From contig NC_082710.1 in assembly GCF_030144855.1 (NCBI RefSeq), forward strand, positions 149,358,001-149,422,000: a DNA stretch of 64,000 nucleotides. Direction: 5' to 3'. A model generated the notes under the pieces. That model searched no databases. It worked only from the letters and a program-made list of their open reading frames with translations, and was not told the DNA's origin. Positions 23,480 through 36,100 of this stretch are shown piece after piece. Origin of the DNA: Hypanus sabinus. Its lineage: Eukaryota. Position numbers and translations under genes: made by a program. Each line of letters opens with the position of its first letter. Position 1 is the stretch's first letter.

Positions 23480-24230
23480 GGGATGGCAGGGTATTCATTA
23501 TTCTCACAGCCTCAGGGAAGAAGCTGTGCCCTGTGCGATTGCTCTGTGCCAGTGAAAAGGAACACGGGGGATCGCTGTGTGCTAGTGAACATGGCAGGGT
23601 ATATTCTGTGCCAGTGGACGGGACAGAAGGAATGTCCTAGTTTACCCACGAGATTAAATATGTGCTTACACCCTGAGAAAGTAAGAAATGATATACGTAC
23701 TAGTAATGGGAACAATTCAGAGGAGATTCACCAGGCTACTGTCTGGGTGGGAGGGTCGTCCTGTCCAGAGAGGTTAGACAGCTTGTATCTGCATTCTCTG
23801 GAGTTTATGAGAATGAGGGGTGAGTTTATCCAAACATATAGGATTGCAAGGGGGTTGAGAGGGTAGATGTTGAAATGTTTCCGCCAGTGAGAGACACAAA
23901 CAAGGGAGCATAGATACAAGATAATGGGCCGGTCCTTTTAAACTGAGGCTCATAGAACATGCTTGCTTTTTTGAGAGTGGTGAGTCATGGAATTCTCTGC
24001 CCCAAGGATGAGGGAGGCCAGATGATTGGATTTAGATGAAGATCAGTGTTGGCTTTGTGGCCAGGTTTGCAGATGATACGAAGATAAACGGAGGGGAGTG
24101 TACTGTTGGGGAAGCAGGGAGTCTGCAGAAGGATTTAGACAGATAAGGGGAATGGGCAAAGAAATGACAGATGGAATATTGTGTAGGGAAATTTATGGTC
24201 ATGCACTTTGTTAGAAGAAATTAAGGCATA
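23480..24230 (+). mobile_element. Degenerate CR1 fragments
   Basis: ERLDSLYLHSLEFMRMRGEFIQTYRI and FADD-region remnants. Confidence 0.6.
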
Positions 24231-24349
24231 GTCTAGGAACTTATAGCTTTCGACCCTCTTGACCTCAGCACCACTGGTGTAGATTGGACTACATGCACTG
24301 ACCTGCTTTCCGAAGGAGATGTTGAAGATGGAGGTAAGTGTGAGTGTAA

Positions 24350-25990
24350 ATGTCTCTAGCGAACTAATGCACAGGGATCACAGAGACATCGTCCATTCCA
24401 GACAAAATTACAGAAAACAATATAGGAAAACTAACAAGAGCTAAGATAACTTCTACAGAATCTTGACAAACTCAAATCTCTACTGATACAGAGAAGAACT
24501 CAGTCAGAGTTACAGTCGACAAAGAACCACAATGACCGAACCAAGTGGGGTTGGCATGGCCTCCTGAAATGCACCCTGGAGTGCAGAGGAATTCAGGCCC
24601 AAAGCGAAAACATAAATGACCAGACCAAGCAATAATTCTCAAAGCCAACAACTAGAATACAAAACATTGAAAATGTCACGCTAACTAAATTATCTCTCAT
24701 CGATAAATACAAAGAGCTAAAAAATCCCCATAATACCAAATGGGACACCAGCCAAACAGTGAAAAGGCAGAGCTAGTCCAAAGCCAAACAATTGGACACA
24801 AAAGTAAACAATCCAAGGATAATGCTGAGCAAATAGAGACCACATATCAACTAACAAAACAAGTCATTTTTAAATGGCCCCTGGTTGTGACAAAACACTC
24901 CACGCCGCCCCTCCCGCCGCCATCTTCTGACAATCGGGGTGAAGCCAATGAAAATTAGCAATAGATCAGGATTCAAAATACCCTGGACCGGAACCATACT
25001 CCTTTCTTCCAGACCATACCCGGCCCAATCGACTAAGTACTGGATCTGTCCTTTCTCTTGCCGGGAATCCAGCAATCTGTGGACGGTGTCAACAGGTGCT
25101 CCGTCTATGATTCTAGAGAGGGGAGGTTTAAGAGTAGGAGCTAAAGGACTACAGAGTAGGGATTTAAGATCAGAGAGGAGAATTGTGGGATGGATTTGGA
25201 GAGAAATGGGAAACTATAACTTACAGGATTGATCTTCTTGACAATCCTAATTGAAGTGAGGTGCTAGCTTCCACAATTCAGTTTCAAGGGGGAGTTCTTG
25301 GGTCGAAAGCCAAACCCACTGACCCATGTGAAAAGATTGACCCGCAGGCTGCTTCCTGTTGTCACAAAACTGTTGCCTCGCCGAAGCAAAGACCAAAGTT
25401 CAAAGTCTTCTTGGCTTGAATCTGTGTACAGTGCTCGATAAACTGTTCAGCAGATGGGACACCAACTTTCTGTTCAGGAAAGGGAAGAGGTGTAAACCCA
25501 AATTTAAGTTCAAAATTGAAAACTATAAGAATAAAAGCTCCAATAAGTTTATTTTTTCAATCCATAAATGAATGGTCAGACTGAGGGGACGTACCAAGAT
25601 ATTGAAAGCACTCTTCGTTGCCTCGTTTCTGGCAATGAATCCTCTTGAAGTGACCATTTAATTTGAGCAAAGATTGCCCATAATGGACAGAAAAGTCCCA
25701 GGCTTGGATAAATGAATTGACATCCCTGTCAATACCATCCCATCAGTTATGTGTTTGCATGAAGTTTGGGGTGCATGAAAACCCAGGGCTGGCTATTATC
25801 TCAGATGTATTCCCCCATTTGAAGACCTCCTACCTATGTTCGGGTGGCACAATACAAGCTTAATTCTTGTCATCTGACTGAACAACAAACAGATGCTCGG
25901 CCCATTCCAACCAGCGACACCTCTCTTCTAAGGACATTTTAACAGCCAACAACTCCCAATCGCCTGTATCATAATTGCATTCAGCTGGTG
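24350..25990 (-). mobile_element. Ty3/Gypsy chromovirus relic (RNase H, integrase, chromodomain, 3' LTR)
   Basis: NYDTGDWELLAVKMSLEE (RNase H); GQWVWLSTQELPL; LDSRQEKGQIQYLVDWAGYGLEERS (chromodomain); G-rich tract then LTR start TGTCACAACC at 24892; left LTR boundary approximate. Confidence 0.85.
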
Positions 25991-26019
25991 AATGGTTGGA
26001 ATCTCTGGAGGCAAATCAG

Positions 26020-27490
26020 GAGGCAACGGATATGTACATCCAAAGATGAAGCTGTATCCCAAAGGAAAGATGACAAAACTGTGTCTCTCAAGAGAAGTCA
26101 AGGCCAACATGAAAGACAAAGAGAGGGCATATAATAGAGCAAAAAATAGTGGGAAGTTAAAGGATTGGAAAGCTTTGAAAAACTAACAGAAGACAACTGA
26201 AAAGACCTTAAAAGGTAAAGCTGGAATACGAAAGTCAGATAGTCAATAATATTAAATAGGATACCAAAAGTTTCTTCAGATACTTAAAGTGGTAAAGAGA
26301 GGCAAGAGTGGATATCAAACCGCTCGAAAATGATGCTGGAGAGGTAGTAATGGGGACGAACTGAATAAGTATTTTGCATCAGTCTTCATGATGGAGAAAC
26401 TAGTTCCAGGTGCCAGGGGTCATGAGGTGTGTGCAGTTACCATAACTAGAGAGAAGGTTCTTGGGAAGCTGAAAGGTCTGAAGGTAGATAAGTCACCTGG
26501 ACTAGATGGTGTACACCCCAGGGTCATGAGAGGTGGCTGAAGAGATTGTGGAGGGATTAGTAATGCTCTTTCAAAAATTACTAGATTCTGGAATGACTCT
26601 GGAAGACGGGAAAATTGCAAATGCCACTACACTCTTCAAGTATGGAGAGAGGCATAAGAAATTATGTTTGTCTGATTTCAATAGTTGGGAAAGTGTTGGA
26701 ATCCATTATTAAGGATGAAGTCTCAGGGTTCTTGGAGGAACATGATAAAATAGGTAGAAGTCAGCATAATTTACTCAAGGGAAATTCTTGCCTGACAAAT
26801 CTGTTGGAACTCATTGACGAAATAACAAGCAGGATAGAGAAAGGAGAATCGGATGATGTTGTGTACTTGGATTTTCAGAAGGCATTTGACAAGGTGCCAC
26901 ACATGAGGCAACTTATCAAGCTATAAGCCCATGGTGTTCCAGGAAAGATTCTAGCATGAATAAAACAATGGATGATCGTCAGGAGGCAGAGTGGGAATGA
27001 AGGGAGCCTTTACTGGTTGGCTGTCGGTGTTGGTGTTCCACAGGGGTCCGTATTGGAGCCAATTATTTTTACATTCAATGTCAATGATTTGGATGATGGA
27101 ATTGTTGGCTTTGTTGCAAAGTTTGCAGATAATATGAAGATAGGTGGAGGAGCAGGTAGTTTTGATGAAGTTATAGGGGCTATGGAAGGACTTCGACAGA
27201 TTAGGGGAGTGGGCAAAGAAATGGCTGATGGAATACACTGCCGAGAAGTGTGTGGTCATTCACTTTGGTAAAAGAAATTACAGGGTTGACTATTTTCTAA
27301 ATGGAATAAATGGATGTACAGTTAACACTGAGGTGCAAAGGGACTTGTGCGGGATTCCCTAAAGGTTAGTTTGCAGGTTGTCTGTGGTGAGGAAGACGAG
27401 TGCGATGTTAGCATTCATTTCAAGAGAACAAGAATATAAAAGCGCGGATGTAATGGTTTGGCCCATTTATCTTAGAAAGGATATGCTGAA
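26020..27490 (+). mobile_element. Degenerate CR1 ORF2
   Basis: VVYLDFQKAFDKVPH, GVPQGSVLEP, KFADNMK; many frameshifts. Confidence 0.88.
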
Positions 27491-27519
27491 ACTTGTGTGG
27501 CATCAGTTCGAGAGGACTG

Positions 27520-28500
27520 TGTGACAAACCCGTGGTACAATCCGGGATCCCGTCAAATTGCTCCGGAGTAGGCAGATTTTGGGAGCTGGTGGCACTCTCT
27601 CCCTGGGATCATAGCATACATGATTCCTCAGTTTTTCATATTTTCCTCGAAAACGTGATCATCTCCTACAGCCGCTGCTCATGACTACTGACCATGGCAC
27701 TCTGCTTTACCAGGTCTGATCGCACGTCGTACATTGCTGAGGTTATGTTTCTAGGTTCAGTCGTCACAGCCAACTCAAGTGCAGGGATCAGAGTCGTCAG
27801 CAATTCAGAGAAAACAAAACTAAAGATATATTACTGGAACTTAACTGGAGAAAAACTAACAAGAGCTAAGGTAACCTGTACAGAATTTGGAGGAACTGAA
27901 ATCGGCCAGCTGTTTGCACACTTTCCATCCATGCTGGGTTGAGGATCAAGCTAGGAACTCGGCCTTGTAAAAAACAGACAAATGATGAAGAAACAACAAG
28001 GCTACCATTTGATGCACTATAAGGTGCGGACTGGACCAACAGCAGAAGAACTCGGTCTGAGTTTAACCTGACAAGGACCCACAATGAGAAAGCAAAGAGG
28101 GGTTGGCATGCACCCTTCTAAAATACACACTGGAATGCGTAGGAATTCAGGCCCAATCAGAAAACATAAATGTCCAGACGAACCAAAACTCCCAAAGCCA
28201 ACCACGACAGGACATCGAAAATAACAGGCCGATTAAATTATCTCTAATCGAATACAGGTGATAAGTGCAGAGAGATTAATAATCCCCATAATACCACATG
28301 AGACACCTGCCAGATACAGTCCAAAGACAAACGATTAAACTCAAAAGGTAAACAATAAAAGGACAACGTGTACCACCAAGTGACTCTGAGCAGATTGAAA
28401 GAGATTGTACAGTATATGAAAACAGGAATGAAGGAATGTATTGTGAGAAGAGAGAATGCCCTGGCAAAATCAAGAACATAATCTAAATGTTCAGATTTAG
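27520..28500. mobile_element. LTR-like repeat related to the LTR at 24350-24892
   Basis: Shared blocks GGGGTTGGCATG, GGAATTCAGGCCCAA, AAATTATCTCT, AATCCCCATAATACC; boundaries uncertain. Confidence 0.5.
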
Positions 28501-28899
28501 GAGACAGTATGCGGAAGGTTGCACCATTGGGATATTCTAGAAATTGAAATGGTCCGGGAGAACGTTGAAAGGCAATTACTCTGGAAATTGCAGATACATG
28601 CGAGTGCTACAGACTATAGGTATTTGGTAACTTCATTGTCTGGGACATGTCCTCTTCTTCATACTAACATCAGGAGGAAGCACAAACGTCTGAAGACCCA
28701 AGCTCATTGATTCAGGAGCAGCTCCAGGCCCTCTGCCATCAGATTTCAGAAAGCTCAATGATCCAGTCTCATTGTTACTTTCCTTCCCAGAGTTTATTTG
28801 TTTTTGTAAGTTACAATAATTTTGTCATTTTTTTTTACTCTATTGTTGCCATAAAATAACAAATTTCACATCAGGTAAGTTAGTGATAATAAATTTCAT

Positions 28900-29320
28900 T
28901 CTGGTCTGATCTCTGGGATGTGTCTGGCCGAGTAAGGAAATCTCTTTGCTGGATTTGGTTCTGGGGAAAGAGTTTGACCAAGTTTTGCATCTATCAGTCC
29001 GGAGCAACCAGTAACCAGCGACCATAATATCATAAAGGGTTTGAATACAAATGCAAAGGGACAACAGGCCACTCTGGAATTCAAATTGTCAATTCGACAT
29101 AAGAATGACCCAGCCGAAGCAAAGAACTCGTCTCTATCTCCCTCTATCAATGTTGCATCAGCGTCCAAATCCATCAGCTGCGGTGGAAAACCACTCGTCA
29201 CATCTTCTCCTCATACTTCACTTCTGGCTTCTTGTAGGGACCACTCCCTTCGTGACTCACTGGTCCACTTATCCCACCCCTCTACATGCACCAGTGGTGT
29301 CCCCATACCCTCTCTACCGC
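28900..29320 (+). mobile_element. Degenerate Penelope-like fragment
   Basis: GGGACCACTCCCTTCGTGACTCACTGGTCCAC matches intact copy near 36105-36135. Confidence 0.5.
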
Positions 29321-29329
29321 CACCATCTA

Positions 29330-30010
29330 AGTTAAGTCAAGTCACTTTTCATTGTCATTTTGACCATAACTGCTGGTACAGTACATAGTAAAAACAAGAC
29401 AACATTTTTCAAGACCATGGTGTTACAGTACAAAAACTAGACTGAACTACGTGAAAACAACACAGAAAAAAAGAAACTACACTAGACTACAGACCTACCC
29501 AGGACTTCATAAAGTGCACAAAGCAGTGCAGGCATTACAATAAATAGTAAACAGGACAATAGGGCAGTAAGGTGTCAGTCCAGACTCTGGGTATTGAGGA
29601 GTCTGATAGCTTGGGGGACAAAACTGTTACATAATCTCGTTGTGAGAGACCGAATGCTTCAGTGCCTTTTCCCAGAGGGCAGGAGGGAGAAGAGTTTGTA
29701 TGAGGGGGGCGTGGGGTCCTTCATAATGCTGTTTCCTTTGCAGACGCAGCGTGTAGTGTAAATGTCCATGATGGCAGGAAGAGAGACCCCGATGATCTCC
29801 TCAGCTGACCTCACTATCCGCTGCAGGGTCTTGAGATCTGAGATGGTGCAATTTCTGAACAAGGCAGTGATTCAGCTGCTCAGTATGCTCTCAATACAAC
29901 CCCTGTAGAATGTGATGAGGATGGGGGGTGGGAGATGGACTTTCCTCAGCCTTTGGAGAAAGTAGAGATGCTGCTGGGCTTTCTTTGCTATGGAGCGGGT
30001 GTTGAGGGAC
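29330..30010 (-). mobile_element. Rex1/Babar-like LINE 3' fragment
   Basis: LKTLQRIVRSAEEIIGVSLP...PSYKLFSLLPSGKR. Confidence 0.8.
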
Positions 30011-30079
30011 CAGGTAAGACCTGAACACCCACTCCAGGTGAAGTTATATTCATCTTCACCACTTCCAAACCCCTACACT

Positions 30080-30620
30080 GTTTTCAGTACTCCAGCCTGA
30101 TCTACAGTAGGGAGATCAAGTGGCAGCCATTTAGCAGGCTCGTGTCCACGCCATTTACCTGTCCTTTCACCCTTTAGGACCCAATGGTGTGTACATTCTA
30201 CTTTCAGATTTCATTTAGCAGTACCCTCTGCCTTTCCCTTCCCATTTCTGGTATTCTCTCTCCCCTTGTTCACTCCCCCAGCCCCTTTATTCCATTTGTT
30301 ACCCCGACCTCCCACACCACAACCCCACCGTGATCAGAGATGTCCATGCCTCTTCAGTAATAAAATAGGTTTAAATACACCTAGTTACTTGAGATTTTCC
30401 TCCCTTGGCCTACCTTCCCCATTTCCTCTGCCATCTGGATCCATCTGCTCATCACCCCGGCCCCTCTGGTTCTACCTATTACCGGCAGAGCCTGTCTCTG
30501 AACTCCATCGGTCCATTCCCACGGCCCTCACTTGGTTCCACCCATCACCTACCATCCCCTGTCTCGCCCCTCGGTTCACCTCTCGGGACTGGCTTTCCCC
30601 CCTCTACACTCTCAATCCCA
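30080..30620 (+). mobile_element. Degenerate Penelope-like tail
   Basis: Pyrimidine-rich tail resembling 36560-36800. Confidence 0.45.
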
Positions 30621-30843
30621 CGGCAACGACGGTCGCAGTTCTTCCATGGATGCTGCTCGCGCTGAATTTATTAGGCAGCTTATCTTTCTCCTTCACTCAC
30701 CTGTGGAGACCCATCCACAAAGCAGGGCAAACCGTAGTAGAAGTAGCTTCATCCCTCCTCCCGATGTCACCCGGGTTTGGCCCCCAGCGTCTGCTCCGGG
30801 AGCTGTAACAGCAGAACCTTGTCTCTCTCCCCCCCGGTCCTAC

Positions 30844-31011
30844 ACTTTCGATTTTTTCCCAAACTCCATACATAAAGCTGCTTTTCTGATTGGATGGATG
30901 CAGCAATTGGTAACTTTATTTCCAAGCGACTCAAACTTCAGTGACCGCTCTTGTCCAGAGTCCAATGACGCTGAGCAGAGGCAGATTATGATTGGCATCT
31001 CGCGGACCAAT
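30844..31011 (+). promoter_or_regulatory. Class I promoter of locus B/C: IRF-E-like site, X2/CRE, Y box, CCAAT
   Basis: ACTTTCGATTTT 30844-30855; TGACGC 30966-30971; ATTGG 30991-30995 (19-bp spacer); CCAAT 31007-31011; motifs shared with promoter D. Confidence 0.7.
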
Positions 31012-31143
31012 CAGCGTGCAGCTCGGACACCGCGCGTCGTCCGCAGAAGCAAGGGAGCGATGAACTGAGTGCCATTGGGATCATTCCGTGCACTGGCGGA
31101 GGACTTGGGAACTCGAAACAGTTCTGATAGCGAGGGAGGAACG

Positions 31144-31192
31144 ATGGTGGGTCTGCTACTGCTGGCCCTCCTATGTGGAGGGGTCTCCGCAG
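31144..31192 (+). CDS. MHC class I leader exon of locus B/C
   Basis: ATG...GCA G|gtgagt; MVGLLLLALLCGGVSA; 49 nt, phase 1; homologous to 63214-63262. Confidence 0.9.
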
Positions 31193-33151
31193 GTGAGTGA
31201 AGAGTCAATGGTCAGCGGGACATTCAGCCCCCGGTCAGTGAGTGAGCGGATGGACACAGCCTAATAGTCCCTCGACAAGATGTGAGGGTCCCACGCCACC
31301 CAGCCTGAGCACAATGGGTATCGGTGTGGTGGGGGGCAGGGGTTGCTGTGGTGGAAGCCCCTGCAGAGACTGTACACGAGAGGGAAAGTAAGGAGAGAAG
31401 CGCGGGGGGTGGGGTGGGTTAACTTCGGCACCTTCACTGACCTGGGATGGAAGTGGACAGAGGTCTGTTTAGCACTGGGGTTTATAGCACGGTACGGAAA
31501 AGCCAATTCAGTCCTCTGTAGCCATGCTGGAGAACGGCTTCCTCCCGACAAGTAAAGGTAGTGTGCAGCGGGCATTTCCGCAGCTTGGCCCAAGAGGACA
31601 AAGAGACGTTCAGGCTGGTCTGTGCCAAGCAGGTTAAATGTGTTACGGAAGGATCAATAGGTGAAGCACCTTGTCATTGTGAAGGCATCGATTCACCAGA
31701 CGGGTCTATGTACTGGCCAGCGCTGATCACCGTATCAGAGATAGTGTACTTGTCCACTCCCTCCCTCCCACCCACCCACCCATCCACTAACTAGTTTTCT
31801 CACTTTCCCAGTTCTGGACCTGAAACATTAACTATGGTTCTGGCTGAGCTGTTCAGAATTTCCAGCGTTTTCCGTTTCTGATGTTGGAGAGACAATGGTG
31901 GAACTGACCAGAGGGAACTGTGCATTGAACCACAACATCCCTTCTATACCTTTCCCATTCAAGCACAGCTGAATCTCATCACCCCTACTGGGTCAGGGGA
32001 CGCCGACAGCAGATGGCCAGAATCCTCTGTCCTGAGTTAGTCCTTCAAGTTGTCCCCAGGAGCAGCCCAGCAAGTGTCTTCTAATCGAAGATCCTTCTTC
32101 TCCCAGGGATGAAACCTTCAGTGTTTCTGTAGCTCTGTGTTTTTACCGAATGATGTTACAAGCCCATCCCTCCTTTCTTTCTCAGCCGGTCTTGAAGCCA
32201 AAATCAAATCTGGGCTTCGATTGCCTCGATATGCTCGTGGGTCTGGACCCCACCGCTTCGATTCGACCCTGCGCTAAAATCTCCGTCCAGACATCGGGTT
32301 CAATCGCCCCGATCCGCTCTGTGCTGGAACCTCGCCGCCAAGATTCGGCCTGTAACCAATCTTTCCGATTCGGCCCTGTGCTTGTCTCCTTTCAAACAAT
32401 CGAGTCCAGTCGCCCCAATCCGCTCTCGTGCCCCGACCTCGCCGCCTCAATTCGGCCGGTAACTGACCTTTTTAATTCGAAAGATTGAACTTGGGGTCTT
32501 CGCCGCTCTCGGTGACCGGCCCGATGTCTCGCCTTGCCTCGGTTCTGCCACATTGAATTGCCTCCGAGTCCAAAGGGAAGTTACAGGCTATTATTTGCCA
32601 GAAACATTGTGATTAACAAAGTATTTAGTTGCTTTCCTTGTTTCCTTATCCACCAGCGAGAAGTTGCCAAACTCACCACTAGCAAAGAATTCCGAACGCC
32701 AACACTCTCTGTGTAAATACAACAGATTTCCTGTAAAACTGCTGCCTCTCCCCTGAATTCCGACCTCACGTTTTCATACCCCTATGAAAAGGGTTTTGAT
32801 TTTCCATCCTATCTATGGCTCTTACCTTACATATCAGGCCACCACTTGGCCTCCAATGGTATACTGAGCAGACATGTTTGCAGGAGGCTGACCACTGTCT
32901 TATGCATTTCCATTATAGGGAGATTGAGATCTTCTTTACCTTCTCTGTCAAAGATAATCCAAAAATTATCAAGAACAAAGGGGGAAGAGCAGAGGTCCCT
33001 GAAGGATCAGTGTGGCTGTATACATGTGGAGCCAGAGGTTTCAAATAAATACTTCCCATCTCCACTTACTGGGGAGAAGATCATGCCCAAGCTGGGAATT
33101 CAGGAAAGAGTACAGAGACATCCTGAAACATTTCCATATTACAAATGAGAT

Positions 33152-36100
33152 AACAACACACACAAAATGCTGGTGGAACACAGCAGGCCAAGCAGCATCT
33201 ACAGGGAGAAGCGCTGTCGACATTTCGGGCTGAGACCCTTCGTCAGGACTAACCGAAAGGAAAGATAGTAAGAGATTTGAAAGTAGTGGGGGGAGGGGGA
33301 AATGCAAAATGATAAGAGAAGACCGGAGGGGGTGGGATGAAGCTAAGAGCTGGAAAGGTGATTGGTGAAAGTGATACAGACCTGGAGAAGGGAAAGGATC
33401 ATGGGACGGGAGGGCTCAGGAGAAAGAAAGGAGGGGGGGGAGCACCAGAGGGAGATGGAGAACAGGCAAACAACTAAAAGTGTCAGGGATGGGGTAAGAA
33501 GGGGAGGAGGGGCATTAATGGAAGTTAGAGAAGTCAATGTTCATGCCATCAGGCTGGAGGCTACCCAGCTGGTATATAAGGTGTTGTTCCTCCAACCTCA
33601 GTTTGGATTCATTCTGACAATAGAGGAAGCCATGGATAGACATATCAGAATGGGAATAAGAACTGGCAGGAGCGGACTGCCAAGGTGAAACAGAAGCTGG
33701 GGCTGTGGGGAGGGCGCTCCCTATCCGATAGCGGGCAAGAACCTGGTCATCAGGTGTGAGGTGCTCTCAGGGCTGCTGTACCTGGCGCAGGTGTGGCCAG
33801 ACCCCCGCTCCTTCAGCTCGGAAATCACCCGAGCCGTCTTCAGATTCATCTGGGGATCCAAGATGGAGCGGGAGAGACGGACCACCATGCACAAGTCCCT
33901 GGACAACGGGGGGAAAACCTCTCCAATGTCGCCCTCACCCTGATGGCCAGCTTCGTGTGTGGCTGCATCAGGTTGTGTGTAGATCCCAGGTACGTGGGCA
34001 CCAAGTACCACTACGTGCCCAGGTTCTACCTGTCACCCTGGCTATGAAGGATGGGTCTGACCCCTTTCCCGCGCAACACCCCTGTCAGCTGGTCATTGCC
34101 GCCATACCTGTCCTTCATAGAGAAGTTCTTTCAGGTCAACGCCTTCTTTGACCACAGGGCCATCAGGCAGTGGTCAGCACGTAAGGTCCTGCAGGCACTG
34201 CAGGAGAAGGACGAGATGGAGATTGTGGGGTGGTTCCCTGAGCAGACTGTCCAGTTCATCTAGCAAAATGCCTCATCGCCAGACCTCACCAACAGGCATC
34301 AAGACCTCGCCTGGCTGGGGGTGAGAGGGGCCCTCCCAGTCCGATCCTTCCTGTACGCCCAGAACGTCGTCTCCACACCCGTCTGCCCACGGGAGGACTG
34401 CAGTGAGGAGGAGTCGGTGACCCACCTCTTTGCACACTGTGGGTTCGTGGAGAAGGTGTGGAGGAGTATGGAAGGGGCAATGTCGAGGTTCATCCCCAGC
34501 AGCTGCGTAACAGAGGACTCTCTGATCTACGGGCTGTTCCCGGGGACGCACACCGAGACCAACATCCGGTGCTGCTGGCAGATCATCAACTCGGTCAAAG
34601 ACGCTCTTTGGTCGGCCTGAAACTTGGTCTACCAGCACACGGAGATGTCCGTGGGGAATGCTGCCGACTGGCACATTCTCGGCTGCAGGAGTACGTGCTG
34701 AGGGACGCACTCAAACTCGGTGCAGCCACCTCAAGGGCCCGGTGGGGAAGGACCACAGTCTAGGGTTCTTCTCCCGTGGGAGTTGAGGGGTTGGGGGTTG
34801 GGGGTATACCCCCCCGAATGTAAATATGAAAGAATAAAGTGCCACGTGGGTGGCAAAACATTAGAATTTTGAAAATGTAAAGACAGTAATGGTAACAATT
34901 GCAAAGAATTGAAAGTCTTTGAATGGTTATTGTATATAATTTTATTTTGGAATAAAGTATATTTTGTTTAATAAAAAAAATCAGAATGGGAATGGGATGT
35001 GGATGTGGCCACTGGGAGATCCAACCCAAGATCCACAAATCTGCCTGCCCAGGTAGATCTATTGTCTCAGCTTGCTCCTGCCTCACTGAACTCATTTCTG
35101 CATACCTTGACACTGTCTTATCACCCCTTGTTCAATCTCTTCCTATCTATGTTCGTGACACTTCTCATGCTTTGAATTTTTTCTATGATTTTAAGTTCCC
35201 TGGCACCCTTGTCTTATTTTCACCTTGGACGTCCAGTCCCTATATGCCTCCATCCCCCACCAAGATGATCTCAAAGCTCTTCGCTGTTTTTTGGATTCCA
35301 GACCTAACCAAATCCCCTCTACCACCACTCTCTTCTGTCTAGCAGAATTGGTTCTTACTCTCAATGATTTCTCCTTTGGCTCCTCCCACTTCCTTCAAAC
35401 CAAGGGTGTAGCCATGGGCATCCATATGGGGCCCAGTTATGCCTGTCTTTTTGTTGGCTTTGTGGAACAGTCCATGTTCTAAGGCTATACCGATATCCAT
35501 CCCACTCTTTTCCTTCGCTACATCGATGACTGCATTGGCACTGCCTCTTGCATGCATGCTGAGCTCGTCGACTTCATTAACTTTGCCTCCAACTTTCACC
35601 CTGCCCTCAAATTTACCTGGTCCATTTCCGACAACTCCCTCCCCTTTCTTTATCTTTCTGTCTCCATCTCTGGAGATGGCCTATCTACTGATATCTACTA
35701 TAAGCCTACAGAGTCTCACAGTTTCCTGGACTATTCCTCTTCCCACCCTGTCTCTTGCAAAAATGCTATCCCCTTCTCACAATTCCTCCGTCTCTGCATC
35801 TGCTCTCAGGATGAGGCTTTTCATTCCAGGACGAAGGCGATGTCTTCCTTTTTTTAAACAAAAGGGCTTCCCATTGTCCACCATCAACTCTGCTCTCAAA
35901 CGCATCTCTCCCATTTCCCACACATCTGCCCTCACACCATCCACCCGCCACCCCACTCAGGATAGGGTTCCCCTTGTCCTTACCTACCACCCCACCAGCC
36001 TCCAGGTCCAACATATAATTTTCCGTATCTTCCGCCACCTCCAACGGGATCCCACTACCAAACACATTTTTCCCTCCCCCCCCCCCTTCTGCTTTTTGCA

